DNA from: Dehalococcoidia bacterium
GTDB lineage: Bacteria; Chloroflexota; Dehalococcoidia; UBA2979
Length of the DNA stretch: 64,000 nt
NCBI GenBank assembly: GCA_041690175.1
Contig: JAWLHV010000004.1
Coordinates: forward strand, 130,528-194,527
Direction of reading: 5' to 3'
Shown here: piece by piece, positions 21,312-31,472 of the stretch
Position numbering within the stretch: the stretch's first letter is position 1
How the letters are laid out: each line of letters begins with the position of its first letter
Position numbers and translations under genes: made by a program
The notes under the pieces: generated by a model
Databases searched by the model: none
Told to the model about the DNA's origin: nothing
Seen by the model: only the letters and a program-made list of their open reading frames with translations

Positions 21312-22121
21312 GTGGAGCAAGAGACGCTGAGGATCGGGCTGGTCGCCGCGCGCAACCTCCCGTCGCCGGAGGATCGACTCCAGACGGCCCGGCGCTTCCT
21401 GGAGGAGGCCGCCGAACGCGAGGTGGCCATCGTCTGCTTCCCGGAGACCTACCTCTTCGGCCTGCGTGGGCAGGGCTTCGAGGTGCCCCCGGCGGATCAG
21501 GCTCGCCAGGTAGCGGCGCTCGAGGAGGTGCGCCTTGCCGCCGAGCGCAACGGCGTGGCCGTGGTGATGGGCATGGAATGGGAGACGGCGCTCGGCCTGC
21601 ACAACGTGGCCTTCGTCGTCTCTGGAGACGGGGTCGTGCAGGGCTACCAGGCCAAGAATCAGATCCCGCCCGAGGAGAGGCCCCACTACGTCCCGGACGG
21701 CAGGCGCCGGCTCTTCCAGGTGGGCGAGGTCGCGTTCGGCGTGACCATCTGTCACGAGGGCTGGCGATACCCCGAAGCCACGCGCTGGCCGGCGGCCCGG
21801 GGCGCGCAGGTGGTGTTCCACCCGCAACTGACCGGAAGTGACGAGAGCGGCCCAACCCTGGCTACGTGGGGCGATCCCGCGGCCCCGTACTACGAGCGGG
21901 CGATGATGATGCGCAGCATTGAGAACACGATCTACTTCGCCAGCGTGAACTACGCCTTCCGCCACCAGGAGTCGGCAACGAGCGTCATCGGGCCAGAGGG
22001 GGAGTGCCTCACCTACCTCCCGTACGGGGAGGAGGGGCTCCTGGTCGCGGACCTGGACCTGTCGCTGGCAACCGGACTTCTCGCGAAGCGCTACAACCCG
22101 GGCTACTACCCGCCGGACTAG
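21312..22121 (+). CDS. carbon-nitrogen hydrolase (nitrilase/amidase superfamily)
   Basis: 269 aa. Catalytic triad context E (FPETY), K (GYQAKNQ) and C (TICHEGW). Confidence 0.85.
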   Translation: MEQETLRIGLVAARNLPSPEDRLQTARRFLEEAAEREVAIVCFPETYLFGLRGQGFEVPPADQARQVAALEEVRLAAERNGVAVVMGMEWETALGLHNVAFVVSGDGVVQGYQAKNQIPPEERPHYVPDGRRRLFQVGEVAFGVTICHEGWRYPEATRWPAARGAQVVFHPQLTGSDESGPTLATWGDPAAPYYERAMMMRSIENTIYFASVNYAFRHQESATSVIGPEGECLTYLPYGEEGLLVADLDLSLATGLLAKRYNPGYYPPD

Positions 22122-23428
22122 CCTCGCGCCCGCCCTGCCTCGATGGACTCGGCCAGCACCTCGATGACGTGGCGCACCTCCGCGTCCACCTCGTGGCGGC
22201 GCGCGCCGGCCTCGATCTGGAGGGTGCAGCCGGGGTTGGCGGTGCAGACCGTGCCCGCCGCAGTGGCGGCAATGGCCTCCATCTTGGCCTCCAGCACCTG
22301 GGCGGACATCTCCGACTGCACTACCGAGTAGATGCCGGCCGACCCGCAGCAGCGGTCAGGCGTGCGCATCTCCGTCAGCGTCACGCCGGGGATCGCGCCG
22401 AGGATCGCGCGAGGGGCCTCGCGGATGCGCTGGGCGTGTGCCAGGTGGCAGGCGTCCTGCAGCGTCACCGTGCGGGCCACCGGCCCGAGGCCGCGCGCGA
22501 AGTCCTGTCCGGCCACGTACTCCAGGGCGTCCCGCACCCTCGAGGCGAACCGCTCCGCGCGCTCGCTCCAGTTGGGGTCATGGCGCAGCAGGCGGCCGTA
22601 CTCCTTCATCGCCGCGCCGCAGCCGGCGGCGTTGACGATGACCGACTCCACGCCGGCCGCCTCGAACGCGGCGATGTTGCGGCGGGCCAGCGCGCGGGCG
22701 GTCCCTGCGTCGCCGGCGTGGGTGTGCAGCGCGCCGCAGCACACCTGCTCCGGCGGTGCGACGACCTCCGCGCCCACGTGGGCGAGCGCCGTCACGGTGG
22801 CCTGGTGCATGCCCGGGTACATCTCGCCGTGGATGCAGCCCAGCAACAGCGCCACCCGCTCCCGCGCGGCTGCGGGCGCGGTGAGGACGCCGGTGGCGCG
22901 GAAGGGCTGGCGGTCCAGCGCGGGAAGCGAGGACTCCAGGCGGCGCAGGCGCTCCGGCAGCAGCCCCGCCAGCGGCCCGCGCAGCAGCGACTGGAGCCCG
23001 GACCGCGTGTACAGCCGCCCCGCCGCCAGCGCGAGGCGCAGGCGACCTCGATGCGCCAGGACGTGGCGCAGCGCGAAGGCGCGGAGCGACCAGGCGCGCG
23101 GTCGCTCCCGGGGCGGGTTCGCCATCAGGCTCGCGCGGGCGTCCTCCATGATGCGGCCGTAGGGCACCGCGGAGGGGCAGGCGGTCTCACAGGCGCGACA
23201 TTGCAGACAGAGGTCCAGATGCGCCAGCGTCCGCGAGGTGGCGTCGATGCGGCCCTCGCGTAGCCCGGCGATGAGGTGCAGGCGGCCTCGCGGGGACTCC
23301 AGTTCCTGGCCGGTGGCCACGTAGGTGGGGCAGGAGGGCAGGCAGAAGCCGCAGTGGATGCAGTTCGCCAGGTCCTCCGCGGAGGGGATATCCGGGCCGC
23401 TGAAGGCACCGATTCGCAAGCCCGTCAT
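22118..23428 (-). CDS. glcF: glycolate oxidase iron-sulfur subunit GlcF
   Basis: 436 aa. Two 4Fe-4S ferredoxin motifs (CIHCGFCLPSCP and CLQCRACETACP) plus CCG domains (CCGSAG). Confidence 0.9.
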   Translation of the reverse strand: MTGLRIGAFSGPDIPSAEDLANCIHCGFCLPSCPTYVATGQELESPRGRLHLIAGLREGRIDATSRTLAHLDLCLQCRACETACPSAVPYGRIMEDARASLMANPPRERPRAWSLRAFALRHVLAHRGRLRLALAAGRLYTRSGLQSLLRGPLAGLLPERLRRLESSLPALDRQPFRATGVLTAPAAARERVALLLGCIHGEMYPGMHQATVTALAHVGAEVVAPPEQVCCGALHTHAGDAGTARALARRNIAAFEAAGVESVIVNAAGCGAAMKEYGRLLRHDPNWSERAERFASRVRDALEYVAGQDFARGLGPVARTVTLQDACHLAHAQRIREAPRAILGAIPGVTLTEMRTPDRCCGSAGIYSVVQSEMSAQVLEAKMEAIAATAAGTVCTANPGCTLQIEAGARRHEVDAEVRHVIEVLAESIEAGRARG

Positions 23429-24690
23429 GCGTCCCCTCCGGCCCTCGCGGGCTCAGGCCAGCGGCCGCGGTTGAGGATCCTGGAAGGGTCGAAGCGGTCG
23501 CGCAGCGCCGCCACCAGTACCCCGTCACCCGCGCCACCGGCGCCCACGGCCCGGCGCACTGCCACCGGAGCGGACTCCACCTGGAGGAACCCACCGCGTG
23601 CTTCGGCCTGCGCCCGCAGCCCGGCAATGACCGTGGCATCGAGGGCATCGGCATGGCAGATGACGGCCCCGGACGCGAGGTGCCCCCACGCCAGGGCACC
23701 CGCCGCACGTCCTGCCTCGATGAACTCGGCGATGGCAGAGGGCGGCACGCCCATGCGCAGGACGGTGGCCGCCTGCTCGCCCTGGAGGCGCCGAAGGTAT
23801 GCCCACGCCTCTGGTGGCGCCTCCTGGAACGCTCCCAATGCGACGAGTTCCGCAGCGGAGCGCTCGACCGAGGCGTTCGACCCCGCGAGGTCCACCAGCA
23901 CCGCCGTCGCCGAGGGCAGCCCGACGTGCGCAGCCGGCTCCGGCGCCAGGAGGGTGATCGCGCGCGTGCTCAACGAGGCGTCCCAGGCGCGCTGGGCCAG
24001 GCGGGCGGCGTCCGCGAGCGAGTCCGCGCGCGCAGCCATGGTGCGGGTGGATACCGGCAGGGGCGCGACCTTGAACGTCGCCTCCACGATCACGCCGAAG
24101 GCGCCCAGCGCCCCGGTGTGCATGCGGTGCAGGTCGTATCCCGTGACGTTCTTCACCACGCGCCCGCCGGACTTCACGAGCGCCCCGGACGGCTGCGCCG
24201 CCTCGATGCCGAGGACAAGGTCGCGCGCAGCGGGGAAGTGTCCGCGCCAGGCGCCGGAGCGGGCGGTGGCCAGCATGCCGCCGATGCTCACCGAGTCGTC
24301 CGGGGACGGGTCGATCGGCAGGTGCTGGCCGTGCGCGCCCAGTTCTGCCTGCAGCGCGCCCAGTGTCATGCCGGCCTCCACCGTGACGGTGAGGTCGTCC
24401 GGGACGTACTCCACCACGCGGGACAGCCCTCTGAGGTCAAGCGCCACGTCATATGCCTGGAGCGGCGCGCCCAGGGCGAGCGCCGTGCGCCCAGCCTGTG
24501 GCACCACCACCAGGCCGGCGCCCGTGGCAGCGCCCAGGAGCGCGGCAACCTCCGCCCGGCCCTCGGGGGCGAAGGCGGCGCGCGGCGTGACCCCCTCCAC
24601 CGGGTAGTCCTGCGGATCGCGCTCCCAGCGGCCGTCCAGCGCCTGCCGGAGCGGGCCGAGCGCTGGGTCCGAGGTGGCGCGCGAGGTCAT
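23425..24690 (-). CDS. glcE: glycolate oxidase FAD-binding subunit GlcE
   Basis: 421 aa, FAD_binding_4 domain. 4-bp overlaps with glcF and glcD. Confidence 0.85.
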   Translation of the reverse strand: MTSRATSDPALGPLRQALDGRWERDPQDYPVEGVTPRAAFAPEGRAEVAALLGAATGAGLVVVPQAGRTALALGAPLQAYDVALDLRGLSRVVEYVPDDLTVTVEAGMTLGALQAELGAHGQHLPIDPSPDDSVSIGGMLATARSGAWRGHFPAARDLVLGIEAAQPSGALVKSGGRVVKNVTGYDLHRMHTGALGAFGVIVEATFKVAPLPVSTRTMAARADSLADAARLAQRAWDASLSTRAITLLAPEPAAHVGLPSATAVLVDLAGSNASVERSAAELVALGAFQEAPPEAWAYLRRLQGEQAATVLRMGVPPSAIAEFIEAGRAAGALAWGHLASGAVICHADALDATVIAGLRAQAEARGGFLQVESAPVAVRRAVGAGGAGDGVLVAALRDRFDPSRILNRGRWPEPARAGGDA

Positions 24691-26159
24691 ACGTACGTCC
24701 CGGGCTGCAGGCGGCGGGAGACCTCCGAGGCGTGTCCGGACGCGCAGCCGTGTCCGCCGGGGAGCATCTTGCAGGGGTTGAAGCGGTCAGCGCCGCCGAA
24801 CGCATCCCGGACGGCCCGCTGCGCGTCCAGGTCCTGCTCGTTGAAGACCCACTCCATGTAGGAACGCTTCTCCAGCCCCACGCCGTGCTCGCCCGTGATG
24901 GAGCCGCCGGCGTCCACGCAGGCCCGCATGATCTCCTCGGCCAGTGCCAGCACGCGCTCGGTGGCTCCGGGCTCGGTGGGGTCGAACATGATGTTGGGGT
25001 GCAGGTTGCCGTCGCCGGCGTGGAAGACGTTGGCGCAGCGGAAGCCGTACTCGCGCGAGAGGTCCAGCACCCGACCCATCACCTGCGGCAGTTTCGTACG
25101 AGGCACCACGCCGTCCAGCAGGTAGAACGCGGGCGCTGCCCCGCCAATCGCGCCAATGGCGGCCTTGCGGCCCTCCCACAGGCGCTCGCGCTCGGACGCC
25201 TCCTCGGCGGAACGCACCTCGCGCGCGCCGGCGGCGAGGCAGGCAGCCTCCACCACCTCCGCGTCCAGCGCCACGCCCTCCGCCACGCCCTCCACCTCGA
25301 TGAGCAGGGCGGCGCCGGCGTCCAGCGGGTAGCCGGCCTGGATCCGCGGCTCCACGATGCGGATGATCTCCTGGTCCAGCATCTCCATGGCCACGGGGAT
25401 CACGCCCCGCCGGATGGTGTCAGACACGGCGTTGGAGGCGGCCTCCACGGTCTCGAAGATCGCCAGGAGGGTGCGCACTGCGGGCTGCTGGCGCACCAGG
25501 CGGAGCGTGGCCTCCGTGACGATGCCCAGGGTGCCCTCCGACCCGACGAAGAGGCCCCGGAGGTCCACGCCGGGCGCATCCGGGACGCGCGAGCCCAGGC
25601 GGGTGATGCGCCCGTCCGGCAGCACCACCTCCAGGGCCAGGACGTGGTTCACGGTGGAGCCGTGCGCCAGCGTGTGCGGGCCCCCGGAGTTGTTCGCGAT
25701 GTTCCCGCCAATGGTGCAGACGCGCTGCGAGGAGGGGTCGGGGGCATAGACCAGGCCCAGCGGTGCGAGCGCCTCCTGCAGGTGCAGGTTGATCACGCCT
25801 GGCTGGACCACTGCCACGCGGTCCCCGGCGTGCACCTCCAGGATGCGGTTCATCCGCGTCAGCACCACCAGCACGCCGCCTCGCACGGGGACGGCGCCCC
25901 CAGAGAGGCCCGTACCGGAACCCCGAGGGACCACCGGGACGTCATGGGCCAGCGCGATGCGCACGCAGGCCGCCACCTGCTCCGTGGTGCCGGGGAAGAC
26001 GACCACGTCCGGCAGGGCGCGCTCGATAGTGGCGTCGTACTCGTAGGCGATGAGGTCTTCTGGAGCGTCCAGGACATTCCGCGGGCCCAGGGCCGCCCGC
26101 AGGTCACGGACGAGGCTGCTCGTGCCGCGCCCCTGCGCGGGCGGGGAAGTGGTCGCCAT
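24687..26159 (-). CDS. glcD: glycolate oxidase subunit GlcD (FAD-linked oxidase)
   Basis: ATG at 26159 (MATTSPPAQG) preceded by AGAGGACAGG. FAD_binding_4 and FAD-oxidase C domains. The 50-aa track extension is rejected. Confidence 0.9.
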   Translation of the reverse strand: MATTSPPAQGRGTSSLVRDLRAALGPRNVLDAPEDLIAYEYDATIERALPDVVVFPGTTEQVAACVRIALAHDVPVVPRGSGTGLSGGAVPVRGGVLVVLTRMNRILEVHAGDRVAVVQPGVINLHLQEALAPLGLVYAPDPSSQRVCTIGGNIANNSGGPHTLAHGSTVNHVLALEVVLPDGRITRLGSRVPDAPGVDLRGLFVGSEGTLGIVTEATLRLVRQQPAVRTLLAIFETVEAASNAVSDTIRRGVIPVAMEMLDQEIIRIVEPRIQAGYPLDAGAALLIEVEGVAEGVALDAEVVEAACLAAGAREVRSAEEASERERLWEGRKAAIGAIGGAAPAFYLLDGVVPRTKLPQVMGRVLDLSREYGFRCANVFHAGDGNLHPNIMFDPTEPGATERVLALAEEIMRACVDAGGSITGEHGVGLEKRSYMEWVFNEQDLDAQRAVRDAFGGADRFNPCKMLPGGHGCASGHASEVSRRLQPGTYV

Positions 26160-26247
26160 AGATGCCTGTCCTCTGGCGGCGAGTGTAGCATCGGCGTCCG
26201 CGACGCCCTCCCGGGTGTCCGGCCGGTAGCGGTGTGAGGGGACGGGC

Positions 26248-27006
26248 GTGGACGTAAACGGCAAGGTGGCGGTGGTCACGGGGTCCTCGGCGGGCGTGGG
26301 CCGCGCCACGGCGGAACTCCTGGCGAGCCTGGGCGCGAAGGTGGTGGTGAACTACGCGCACTCCCAGGCGGACGCGGACGAGGTGGTGGAGGCGATCCAC
26401 GCCGCCGGCGGCACGGCCCACGCCTTCCAGGCGGACGTCCGCAACGACGTGGAGTGCCAGGCGCTGATCCAGAGCGCGGTGGACACCTACGGCGCGCTGC
26501 ACATCCTGGTGAACAACGCCGGGATGACGCACTTCATCCCGCACGAGCGGTTCGACCTGGTAACGGACGAAGTCTGGGCGGACACCTTCCAGGTCAACGT
26601 GCAGGGCACCTTCAACTGCACCCGCGCCGCCGCCCCGCACATGCAGCAGGCCGGCGAGGGCGCGATCGTCAACGTCGCCTCCATCGCCGGGGTGCGCGGG
26701 GTCGGCTCGTCCATCCCCTACGCGGCCTCCAAGGCGGCGGTGATCAACATGACGAAGTCAACGGCGCGGGTGCTGGGCCCGGAGATCCGGGTGAACTGCA
26801 TCGCCCCGGGCTTCATCGACACGCGCTGGCTGCGCGGGGGGCTGGGCGAGCGCTACGACCGCGCCAAGGAGGCCACGGCGGAGCGCACCCCGCTGAAGGC
26901 CGTAGCCACGCCGGAGACCTGCGCGGACGCGATCCTGGCGTTCATCCAACTCAACACCTTCGTCACCGGGCAGACCGTGATCGTGGATGGCGGATCCAGC
27001 CTGTGA
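26248..27006 (+). CDS. SDR-family oxidoreductase
   Basis: GTG start. TGSSAGVG cofactor motif, NNAG, catalytic YAASK. Confidence 0.85.
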   Translation: MDVNGKVAVVTGSSAGVGRATAELLASLGAKVVVNYAHSQADADEVVEAIHAAGGTAHAFQADVRNDVECQALIQSAVDTYGALHILVNNAGMTHFIPHERFDLVTDEVWADTFQVNVQGTFNCTRAAAPHMQQAGEGAIVNVASIAGVRGVGSSIPYAASKAAVINMTKSTARVLGPEIRVNCIAPGFIDTRWLRGGLGERYDRAKEATAERTPLKAVATPETCADAILAFIQLNTFVTGQTVIVDGGSSL

Positions 27007-27860
27007 CGGACGCGGCCGGGGGCGATACCCCGGACGGCGCCCGGGCGGGCGACCCCTCGGATCCCCCGATCGACCTCGATGCGGTGCGGGCCGGGCTCGA
27101 GGAGGCCGTGGAGGAGGCGTGCGAGGCGATCCGCGCCGTGCTGCGCCAGCAGACCGTGCGGGTGGGCCACAAGCCCGGCGAGGGCCCGGTCACCGAGGCG
27201 GACTACGCCGCAGACGACGTCCTGCACCGCCGCCTGCTGCCGCTGATCCCGGGGGCGCACTGGCTCTCGGAGGAGTCGGCGGCGGACAAGCCGCTGCTCG
27301 CGAACGAGCCCACGTGGGTGGTGGACCCGCTGGACGGTACGCGCGAGTTCCTGCGGGGGCTGCCGGAGTTTGGCGTCTCCGTCGGCCTCTTCCTGGGCGA
27401 CGAACTGGTGCTGGGCGGCGTGGGGCTGCCCGTGCAGGGCGAGGTCTACTCCGGCCTGACCTGGGGCGACCGCCGCGAGGCGCGCCGGGACGGCGTCCCT
27501 CTCCCGATGCTGCCGAACGACGGCGTGGTGCGCCGTGTGGTGGTCTCGCGCTGGGACTACGAGCAGCGCCGCATCCAGTTCGCCCTGCCGTACGAGGCGT
27601 ACCCGCTGGGCTCCGCCGTCCTGAAGTTGGTGCATGCCGCCACCCGGGACGCGGACATCTACTTCTCCACCGGCCCGCGCTCCATCTGGGACGTGGCCGG
27701 CGGCGCGGGCGTCCTCCAGGGCGTAGGCGGCGTGCTGATGATGGTGAACGGCGAGCCGCTCCCCCTCTCCCCGCAGGAGATCGGCGTGCCGCCCTACGTG
27801 GCCGGCGCCCCCGCGGACTGCCTCGCGCTGGTGAAGCGCCTGGGCCTGGACGAGTTGTAG
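27003..27860 (+). CDS. inositol-monophosphatase-family phosphatase (IMPase/CysQ/HisN-like)
   Basis: GTG at 27003 overlapping the SDR stop (GTGA). Motifs WVVDPLDGT and WDVAGG. Track ORF 26454..27860 is over-extended. Confidence 0.85.
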   Translation: MTDAAGGDTPDGARAGDPSDPPIDLDAVRAGLEEAVEEACEAIRAVLRQQTVRVGHKPGEGPVTEADYAADDVLHRRLLPLIPGAHWLSEESAADKPLLANEPTWVVDPLDGTREFLRGLPEFGVSVGLFLGDELVLGGVGLPVQGEVYSGLTWGDRREARRDGVPLPMLPNDGVVRRVVVSRWDYEQRRIQFALPYEAYPLGSAVLKLVHAATRDADIYFSTGPRSIWDVAGGAGVLQGVGGVLMMVNGEPLPLSPQEIGVPPYVAGAPADCLALVKRLGLDEL

Positions 27861-28003
27861 GGCCCCGTGCGTCCCTGCGGGTACGGACCAGCCTGGCGGT
27901 TACATTTTGGTTAAATCCCGTCGCGCCAGGCGGCGGCCCTGATAGCCTGCACGTACATCTAGCGCCGACCGCCCGGCCATCACTTTGAGAGCCTCAAAAC
28001 ACG

Positions 28004-29167
28004 ATGGACCCTACCGGTTCCCCGTCGGCGCGCCCTGACGCCTCAACTCCTGAACCCGCCACCGAACCCATCCCCTCGGGGGAGGCCCCGGGCCTCCGCC
28101 CCCGCGAACCCCTGACGGCAAAGGGTGTCCGCCGTTCCCCCGTGGTGGTCGGCACGGTCGACCGCGACCTGCGGTACACGTGGGTCTTCAACCCCCGCCC
28201 GCACTTTCCGGTGGAGGAGGCACTCGGCCGCCGCGACGACGAGATTGCGCCCCCGAGCGTCGGCCTGGATCGGCTCATGGCCCTGAAGCGGGACGTCCTC
28301 GCCACCGGGGTGGCGCGCGACGAGACCATCGACTTCGAGCTGGGCGACGCCATGCGTACCTACGAGATCGCGGCGACGCCCGTGTTCGACACGACCGGCG
28401 AGGTCTCCGGCGTCACCACGGTGTCCGTCGATGTCTCGGAACTCCAGGGGTTGGTGCGCAGCCAGCAGGAACTGATGGCCATGGTGGCCCACGACCTGCG
28501 CAACCCCGTCTCCATCGTGCGGAGCCGCGCGCAACTGATGCTGAGGCGCTCCGAGTTCGACGCGGAGGCCCTGCGCGACATCGTCCAGCAAAGCGACCGG
28601 ATGGCGCGCATGACCGAGGACCTGCTGGACACTGCCGTGATCGTGGGGGGCAGCGTGGCTCTACAGCGAGAGCAGGTGGACCTGGCTGATCTGGCTCGAG
28701 GGGTGCTGGCGCACTTCGCCGCATTCACCGACCTGCACACACTGGATTTCGCGGTCGTCGGTCCCGTAGTAGGCGAGTGGGACCGCGCCCGGGTGGAGCA
28801 GGTGTTGGAGAACCTGGTCGGGAACGCCGTCAAGTACTCCCCGGGCGGCGGAGCCGTCCGGGTGGACATCCAAGGGAGCGACGAGGACGTCCAGGTGTCC
28901 GTCAGCGACCAGGGCCTGGGGATCGACGCGCAGGATCTGCCGAAGGTGTTCGATTGCTTCGGCCGCGCCCAGGCCGTCCGGAACGCGGGCCTGCCCGGGC
29001 TCGGACTCGGACTCTGCATCTGCAAGGGGCTCGTGGAGGCGCACGGTGGCCGCATCTCCGCTGTGAGCGAGGGCACGGGCCGGGGTAGCACCTTCTCGTT
29101 CTCTCTGCCGCGCCGTGAACCGCTGGTCGGTCCGCTCCTCAACGCCGGCACGGACGCAGCCGGGTAG
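28004..29167 (+). CDS. cytoplasmic PAS-type sensor histidine kinase (orphan)
   Basis: 387 aa, no TM. H-box MVAHDLRNP. N-box NLVGNAVKYS. G1 box DQGLGI, G2 box GLGLGLCICKG. Confidence 0.85.
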   Translation: MDPTGSPSARPDASTPEPATEPIPSGEAPGLRPREPLTAKGVRRSPVVVGTVDRDLRYTWVFNPRPHFPVEEALGRRDDEIAPPSVGLDRLMALKRDVLATGVARDETIDFELGDAMRTYEIAATPVFDTTGEVSGVTTVSVDVSELQGLVRSQQELMAMVAHDLRNPVSIVRSRAQLMLRRSEFDAEALRDIVQQSDRMARMTEDLLDTAVIVGGSVALQREQVDLADLARGVLAHFAAFTDLHTLDFAVVGPVVGEWDRARVEQVLENLVGNAVKYSPGGGAVRVDIQGSDEDVQVSVSDQGLGIDAQDLPKVFDCFGRAQAVRNAGLPGLGLGLCICKGLVEAHGGRISAVSEGTGRGSTFSFSLPRREPLVGPLLNAGTDAAG

Positions 29168-29170
29168 GGC

Positions 29171-30241
29171 TTACGCGCACGCCTCGCGGGTGGCGTGAAA
29201 CATCTCCTCCGTGCGCACCTGGATGACGTACGGGTCGTGGAGGCCGTTTGTGAGGTAGGCGGCGGCGATGCCCGTCTCCGGGTCTCCCCAGGAGATCGCG
29301 CATTGCTGGCCGCTGTGTCCGAAGACGCCCGAGGTGTCGAAGGGCGGCCAGATGCCGCCCACGTGGAACCCAAGGCCGTACGAGGCCGGTAGGTTGCTGG
29401 TGCGGTCGAACGGCGTCTCCACCTGCACGCGGGTGGCCTCCGCCACCGTCTCCGCGGAGAGCAGCCGCGTCCCCCGGAACTCGCCGCCACCGAGCATCGA
29501 GGCGTAGAAGCGCGCGAGCGCCTCCGCTGTGCCGATGCCATTCGCGGCGGGCAGTTGGCCCCGCAGTGTGGAGGGCAGCGTGAAGCGCCGGACGATGTCG
29601 CTGGTGCGGCGCTCCGTGCCCTCCGGGTCGGCCATGGTGACCTCGCTCATCGCCTCCGGCAGGCAGATGTCGTCCGGGTCGTCGGTGCCCAGGGAGGCGG
29701 CCATGCCCAGCGGCTCGAAGATCTCCTGGCGCAGGAAGTCGCGGGGCGTCCGGCCGTCCACGCGCCGGATGACCTCGCCCAGCGCGAAGCCGTAGGTCAC
29801 CGGGTGGTAGCCGGTATCCGTGCCCGGTTCCCACTCCGCCGGGAGCGCGGCGGTGGCCGCTGCCACGGCATCCCAGTCATCGATGCGCTCCCAGTCGAAG
29901 GAGGCGGGGAAGACGGGGAAGCCCCCCTGGTGGGTGAGGACGTGGCGGATGGTGCAGCGCTCCTTGCCGCCCTGCGCGAACTCCGGCCATACCTCGGCGA
30001 TCGGGGCGTCGAGGTCGAGCACTCCCCGCTCTGCGAGCATCAGCACAGCGACCGCCGTCACCGGCTTGGTGGCCGAGAACCAGAGCATCCGCCTGCCAGT
30101 GGCGGTGCCGAGCGAGAGGTCCAACTCCAGTGTGCCGTGGCGGTAGACCGCCACCTGCGCGCCGGTGTGCCAGCCGCGCTCCAGGTGCTCCCGCGCGACC
30201 GCCTCGATGCGAGCGCGGCCCTGGGCGGTCAGTCCACTCAT
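29171..30241 (-). CDS. beta-lactamase-fold serine hydrolase (class C / esterase EstB-like)
   Basis: 356 aa. S-x-x-K motif FSATK. Conserved C-terminal HSG-like block in the FGHSGQ region. Confidence 0.85.
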   Translation of the reverse strand: MSGLTAQGRARIEAVAREHLERGWHTGAQVAVYRHGTLELDLSLGTATGRRMLWFSATKPVTAVAVLMLAERGVLDLDAPIAEVWPEFAQGGKERCTIRHVLTHQGGFPVFPASFDWERIDDWDAVAAATAALPAEWEPGTDTGYHPVTYGFALGEVIRRVDGRTPRDFLRQEIFEPLGMAASLGTDDPDDICLPEAMSEVTMADPEGTERRTSDIVRRFTLPSTLRGQLPAANGIGTAEALARFYASMLGGGEFRGTRLLSAETVAEATRVQVETPFDRTSNLPASYGLGFHVGGIWPPFDTSGVFGHSGQQCAISWGDPETGIAAAYLTNGLHDPYVIQVRTEEMFHATREACA

Positions 30242-30251
30242 GGCGTCCCCG

Positions 30252-31241
30252 CTACTCCTCCATGGAGAGGACGATCTTGCCGAAGTTGGCGTTGGACTCC
30301 ATCAGCGCGTGCGCCTCGGAGGCCTGCTCCAGCGGGAAGACGCGGTCCACCACCGGGCGGATGGTCTCGTCGGTGAACATCGGGAGGATGCGCTGGATGA
30401 AGGACTGCACCAGGGTGGCCTTCTCCTCCAGCGGTCGGGAGCGCAGCAGCGTGCCGTGGATGGTGGCGCGCTTCGCCTGCAGCGCGCCCACGGCCATGCG
30501 TTCCACCGTGCCGCCGCCCATGCTGCCCACGATCACCATGCGCCCCTTGAGGGCCAGCGAGGCGAGGTTCTTGTCCCAGTAGGGCGCGCCAATGACGTCC
30601 AGGATGACGTCCACGCCGGCACCGCCGGTCTGCTCCTTGATCACCTCCGCGAAGTCCTCCTCGCGGTAGTTGATGCCCACGTCCAAGCCCAGTTCCGTGG
30701 CCCGGTCGATCTTCTCCTGTGACCCGGCGGTGCCAAAGATGCGGCAACTCTGGGCGGCCGCCATCTGGATGCCGGCGGTGCCCACGCCGGATCCGGCCGC
30801 ATGGAGCAGCACCGACTCGCCGATGGCCAGCCCGCACTGCAGGAAGAGTGCGTCATATGCCGTCAGGAACGCTTCCGGAATGCTGGCGGCCTCCTGAAAG
30901 GTGAGGTTGGCGGGGACGGGCATCAGCATGCGCTCGTGCACCACCACGCGCGTGGCGTAGCCCTGGCCGCCCAGCAGGGCCATCACGCGGTCCCCCCGCT
31001 GCCAGTCGTAGACGCGCTCGCCCACGGCCTCCACCACGCCTGCCATCTCCAGGCCGGGGATGTCGTCCCGCAGACCGCGAGGCCCGCGGTAGTTCCCCCG
31101 ACGCTGGAGCAGGTCCGCGCGGTTCAGCGCGCTGGCCTTCACCGCGACCAGTACGTCCTCCGGCCCGGGTACCGGATCCGGCACCTCCTGGACCTGCAGG
31201 ACCTCCGGGCCACCGGGTGTGGTGATGACCGCTGCGCGCAT
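30252..31241 (-). CDS. NADPH:quinone oxidoreductase / zinc-type alcohol dehydrogenase-like (MDR family)
   Basis: ATG at 31241 (MRAAVITTPGGPEVL) preceded by GGAGGGG, 329 aa. Nucleotide motif AAGSGVGTAG. The 685-aa track ORF is an over-extension. Confidence 0.85.
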   Translation of the reverse strand: MRAAVITTPGGPEVLQVQEVPDPVPGPEDVLVAVKASALNRADLLQRRGNYRGPRGLRDDIPGLEMAGVVEAVGERVYDWQRGDRVMALLGGQGYATRVVVHERMLMPVPANLTFQEAASIPEAFLTAYDALFLQCGLAIGESVLLHAAGSGVGTAGIQMAAAQSCRIFGTAGSQEKIDRATELGLDVGINYREEDFAEVIKEQTGGAGVDVILDVIGAPYWDKNLASLALKGRMVIVGSMGGGTVERMAVGALQAKRATIHGTLLRSRPLEEKATLVQSFIQRILPMFTDETIRPVVDRVFPLEQASEAHALMESNANFGKIVLSMEE

Positions 31242-31472
31242 TGCCCCTCCGACCGTTCCTTCGACTTGTAGGCCCTCGCACATGCCCCGTGCGGGAGACG
31301 ACCTCCGGGGCCGCTGCCCGACTATAGGGGAGGCGGTGCCCAAGGGCAGACGGCCTGCAGGGCCGTGGCCCGCCGCATGAGGGTGCGTGGCAAGGCTGCT
31401 AGCATCGAGCAGGGTCGGTGCGGGATCGCCACGCCCGGGCCGGAGCGCACGTCTCATCCGAAGGGCGGAAGC

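Noticed and set aside
26454-27860. 468-aa ORF
   Set aside because: Only the C-terminal 285 aa (IMPase family) are real. The upstream part overlaps the SDR gene in another frame.
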